A stretch of 64,000 nt of DNA, from contig CM119264.1 of NCBI GenBank assembly GCA_051294375.1, forward strand, positions 25,484,051-25,548,050. The letters run 5' to 3'. Numbering within the stretch: position 1 is the stretch's first letter; each line of letters opens with the position of its first letter. The notes beneath the pieces are model-generated. The model was not told where the DNA came from, made no database searches, and worked only from the letters and a program-made list of their open reading frames with translations. Of the stretch, positions 59,557-64,000 are shown piece after piece. The DNA is from Paraspadella gotoi. Its lineage: Eukaryota; Animalia; Chaetognatha. Position numbers and translations under genes: made by a program.

Positions 59557-61571
59557 TCACGCTTTGGATAATCCGACCGCGAAAAAAAGATGAAGAACAA
59601 TTCTTCCGAGGTACGGGACGAAAACCGGGCCTCTAACAATTACAGAACAAAATGAACTCGAATAAATGAATAAATGAACGATTAATGAATGAATGGACAA
59701 CGATCGTCCCCTCTCACCTCGTCATGCCACTGACGACGACATCGGACGGCGCTCTTTAGTAGAACCGCGCCCGCCTCGAGTCGTGGACGGCGTCAGCCGT
59801 TAAGGCGGCGGAGGCGCGTAAGCGCCGCCAATTGGCGGACTGAAGATGCACCACTGGAGGCGCGACGACGCCCATCTCGAAGATGGCTCCGCGCCACCAG
59901 GGACACTTGAAGTGCATTTGAAACTTTGTCTTTCTTTAGCTTATTTTTCTTTCTTCTTTCTTTCTTTTCTTTCTTATCTTTCTCTTCTTTCTTTCTTTCT
60001 TCTTCTTTCTTTCCTTTCTTCTTTTTCTCTTTCTTTCTTTCTTTTTTTCCTCCATGACCCACCAAATGTCCGACTTCTTCCGGTGACCAAATCTGGGCCC
60101 ATCACGACGTCGCGCGCCAATCCAGTAGGTTGACCCTTTGATGGACAACGAAGCGGCGTCCTATCCGGCGCCAGCGGCGTGCGCTTCCGAGAATCCGCAA
60201 AGACGCGTGGCCGCGGAACCCAAAAGGTTATGAGTTGAACGACGCGTCGATTTGGTCCACATCACGTTGCTGCCTTGATGTCTTCTGAGAAAAAAAAAGA
60301 GGAAAAATGAATATATTCAGGGGAAATCGGACTTTTATGGGAGAAGGACGTGAGGGAAAAAAGAAAGGGGAAGTAAAAATAATGAAGAGAGCTAAAAAAA
60401 ACCTTGTTTCCAAAAACTGTAAACATAGAATAAAAGAAAGAAAATAAAACAAATAATGAAAGAAGAAAGAAAGAAAGAAAAACGAAAGAAAGAAAGAACA
60501 GAAAAGAAAGAGAAAGAAAGAAAGAAAGAAAAGAAAAGAAAGAAAGAAGATAGAAAGAAACTAACCCCACCCCAAAAAAAAGAAAATAAAAAGAAAAAGG
60601 GCAAGAGAGCGAGATGAGAGAGAGAGTAGTGTCAGATTGGAAGAAAGAGATATCGTTCCCTCTGCTCTTGAATTACTTTAATTGAAATTTTTTTCCTCGC
60701 GTCGGTCGCCGTTTCGAGTCTGCGTCCCTCCAATTCTTTTTCCCTACGACAGAAATTTGGAGATAATGTGCGGGACGGGAGATTCGACAATTGCGGAAGA
60801 TTTTGGCATTTGTCTTATGACATGAATTGAAAAAAAGGAGTGAATGAATGGACAGTGAGTGACATGAAGTGCATGATGAATGAATGAAATGAATTTAATG
60901 ATTAATGAATTGAATGAATAATGAATGAATGATATGACATGAATGAACTGAGTGAATGAATGAATAAAGTGAATGAATGAATGAATGAATGAATGAATGA
61001 AACGAATGAAAGTGAGAATGCATAACTGCCTCACCTGTGAATGACATCGTTTCGGTGAAGGAAGGCGACGCCCTCGACGATTTGTCGCGCGTAGCGGCGA
61101 AACACGGATTCCGGAAACGCGCCGAATCTGGATTGGAATTTCAACGATTCTCGTTTATTTTGAAACGTTATATTTAACATTCTTTTTTTTTTGTCAGTTC
61201 ATAAGGAAATGTTTTTGTTTTTCGGTCTTGACCTGGACAATAGTCCTGCGACGGAACCACCAGGAACGAATTGCATGAAAATCTGAACGACGTCGTTGGC
61301 GAAACAAGTCCCGTAGTAACTGCGAAGGCAACGGGGCGTTAATGTTTATTTATATTTTTGATATACTTGCGATGCCAAAGCTGAGGAATAATATTCTATT
61401 TTTTTCTAATTTAGTATTTTGAATTCTAAGAGATAAAAACTAACTTTGTCATTCAAGAACTTCGTTTTAACACATGTATGGAAAATCCTTCCTTTTTCTC
61501 CCGCTAGTGGCTTCGCTTGTTTTTCGTGCCACTCGCAAAGCAAGAAAACCATTTCCAACTACTAAAAAAGG

Positions 61572-61602
<31 letters not shown>

Positions 61603-61945
61603 AAAATCCTAAGCCCACGGGAAATTTCTCGCCGGCAAAACACCCTCTGCTCCAAATTTTGGGAATCCCCTCGCAAACTCTTCCTCGTTGGGTCCTCAGC
61701 CCCAGCCCTCATCACAGCCTTGAACGCCGTCCCTCCATCCACCAAACCAACACCATCATCACAACCCCTTATGAAAAAAAAAAAAGCTCACGCGACGATG
61801 TTTGGATTGTTGAAGAGACTCGAGCAGACGGAATTTCTCACGCGGACTTTTTCGTATTCCCTGTCGCTCGACTTTTTGTCCGCCCGACTTTTATGGGAAT
61901 GTGTTTGACTGCGACGAGGGGCCTCTGTCGGGATGAGGGCCGTGT
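59557..61945 (-). CDS. MAP3K19: MAP3K19/YSK4-like STE11-family Ser/Thr kinase, 3' kinase-domain exons; 5' part not found in the window; several exons carry indels
   Basis: Exons (minus strand): ~61945-61792 (..LVAVKHIPIK..DKKSSDREYEKV....LLESL..PNIVA), 61319-61233 (YYGTCFANDVVQIFMQFVPGGSVAGLLSR, clean), 61127-61035 (FGAFPESVFRRYARQIVEGVAFLHRNDVIHR, clean), 60284-60063 (DIK.SNVM...LSIKGSTYW...KSDIW), ~59905-59718 (..IFEMA...MTR) and 59632-59557 (..SEEL..FFAVGLSKA*). The pattern closely follows MAP3K19 (LIAVKQV..EKEY.KL.EEV.LL..L.H.NIVAYLGTC...IFMEFVPGGS..FGPLPE.VF..Y..QI..GVAYLH) as recalled. Confidence 0.8.
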
Positions 61946-64000
61946 GGGGGGGGAGAAGGAATTTGTCATTGCGGATTGGGGGGGGGAGAATGCAAGTAGA
62001 ATATATTACGGGATTGTATTTGTCATTGGTGGAAAGGGGAAATGGAAAATATCGTGGTGTGGAAGTGAGGGATGGAGGAGATAGAGAAGAGGGCAATAAT
62101 TTTTAAGGGGTTTAAAATGAAAGAAGAATAAATTGTAAATGATGTCCTTTTGGCGTGATGAGATAACAAAGGAAACGTCCTTTGGTCATAAAAGTCATGA
62201 TAGGATGTTACGGCAAGAGTGAGTAGGTTAAATAATAAATAAATAATAAATAAATTCTAAGCATTACTGGAAATTAAAAAAATTAGAATATACATGTAAA
62301 ATTTAACTACATGAAAGAAAAAATATTGCTCTCTACACTGACAGTAGAATGAGTACGAAAATCAAAGCATTAGAGAGAGAGAATAATAGCAGGATCTCTT
62401 ACAAGAAGGGGAAAAATACAAACGAGGAAGATCAGGAGGCAGTTAGGGTTAAAGAACCTCTCCGTTAAGACGCGATGTTACAGTCTCGTAGAAAAAACTA
62501 TGCAGTTAAAAAAAAAATTTCAGTCTGAATTTTTCATTTTTATTGTTTCTCATCCGAGGGCATTACTCCCTGAATGGTTATGTAGAAAAATTAATGCAAA
62601 ATCTCTTAAAGCTCTCCAAGTGAACTAGTTAAATACATAAATGCTGACAGAATTCAAACTAAAAAGAAGATTGGTTTATTCTTTAACATGTGAACAACAT
62701 CTCTTAAAAAAACAATGCAATCGGTATCTCCTCTGTTTAAGCTGTCGTTTTTATCCATCTTCAAACATTTGTCTGTCCATATGTCTGTCTGTCCATGCCT
62801 TTCTCCATACCTTTAAGTCTTATTACTTATTTTGGATGAATCAATTGAGTTGAAATTTTGTCTGTGATTAAAAAACTAGTGTCATTGAGCTGGAATTCAA
62901 GTTTCAATGGAATCAAGCTAGTAGAAGTAGGTTTTAATAGAAAAAGTAAAGATCAATTTTAATTTATTAATTTAATTTGTATTTTTTAATATTATTTTTA
63001 GATGCGCCGAGATTTAAGAGCCACGCAAGTCTATCAAAAACTTTTTTAATTTTCGTTATATAAGGTCGATTTTTATTTGACCTAAAGCTAACTTCAATTT
63101 ATATTTACTACAGTCCGCGGAAACGCTAGAATGTCATAAATCTGTACATGGGATAACTTTTCCATTTATAGGATAAATGGCTTTAAGGATTATAGGAATC
63201 CGATGTCTGGCTATTGCCCATTTAAGCAATTTTTTCAAAAAATAATCTTAAACCACTTAAAAATTGGGTCAAAATTTTTAAAAAAACTTGCTTAGCTCTA
63301 TATATTTTAAATTTTTTTCTTAAAATTTTGCTAACTTGTACTCAAGAGGGTTTTGTAAACTTCTGGTAGAAATATTGTTACTATCAAAAAGTTTTTTTCC
63401 ATATTTATCAAGTGCTAATATTTTAGATGGGTCATTTTTTCAATGATACATAACTTCCTTATTTGTGAATATTATGGTTTAAATTTTAGTAATAGTGTGG
63501 GCCTTGGGTAGTCCTGCAATATATATATTTATTGATAAATCAACCACTTATTTTATATCTGCCAAGTCTATGATCTGGATTGAAAATTAGAGCTCAGGAT
63601 AAGTTTTTACCATAGAGTTCATTACTGTTGGTCACTTTGTTGTCCATACAGTTTGCTGACTCTCTTTCTGTCTCTCTCTCTTTCTTCCTTAACCAGTGCC
63701 GCAATTTCACTTTTCAGTCACATAAAATATCTTTCTTATCTGACGTCTCCATGGTTACGAAAAAAAATATTTGGATACCTCGAACGGCAACCTTGCATCT
63801 TAAACAACAATCAGAATTCTCTCTCTCACTTTAGCTTTTGCCTCTCTCACTCTTGCCGCTCATCTCTCGTGTCGCTTTCTCTTGTTCTGGCATCAATTTC
63901 AGAACTTTTGCTCACTTACATTACATTACAAACATACAGTATTATTATAAAGCAATGTTCTAAAAATTAATAGCAAATGATCACAATAACATAAGATAAG

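Overview
This is eukaryotic (most likely invertebrate animal) genomic DNA. It is AT-rich, dense in microsatellites and contains many N-gaps. Several stretches look like uncorrected long-read sequence, with homopolymer indels and garbled repeats. Most ORFs in the supplied track are translations of simple repeats. Reading spliced frames by hand gives five gene models. (1) A frameshifted, intron-containing XK-related membrane protein on the minus strand (~2287 to <45). (2) An intact single-ORF 789-aa paralog of it on the plus strand (21716-24085). (3) A single-pass receptor with one SUEL/Gal_lectin domain, spliced from four visible exons (45156-57181). (4) A three-exon type II membrane glycosyltransferase-like gene (54392-55720) nested on the SAME strand inside that receptor's last intron. 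(5) The 3' kinase-domain exons of a MAP3K19/YSK4-like kinase on the minus strand (59557 to ~61945). The most unusual non-coding element is a 405-bp tandem unit (1.65 copies, 32388-33058). It combines a tRNA-like Pol III promoter head with a twister-ribozyme-like motif and further hairpins, making it a candidate retrozyme-like element. Also present are a phased TCACGTGA array, an AGGTCA array, a 38-bp hairpin minisatellite, an LTR-like block and a ~2.7-kb tandem duplication that is probably an assembly artefact. All family assignments come from motif recognition by eye; no searches were run.
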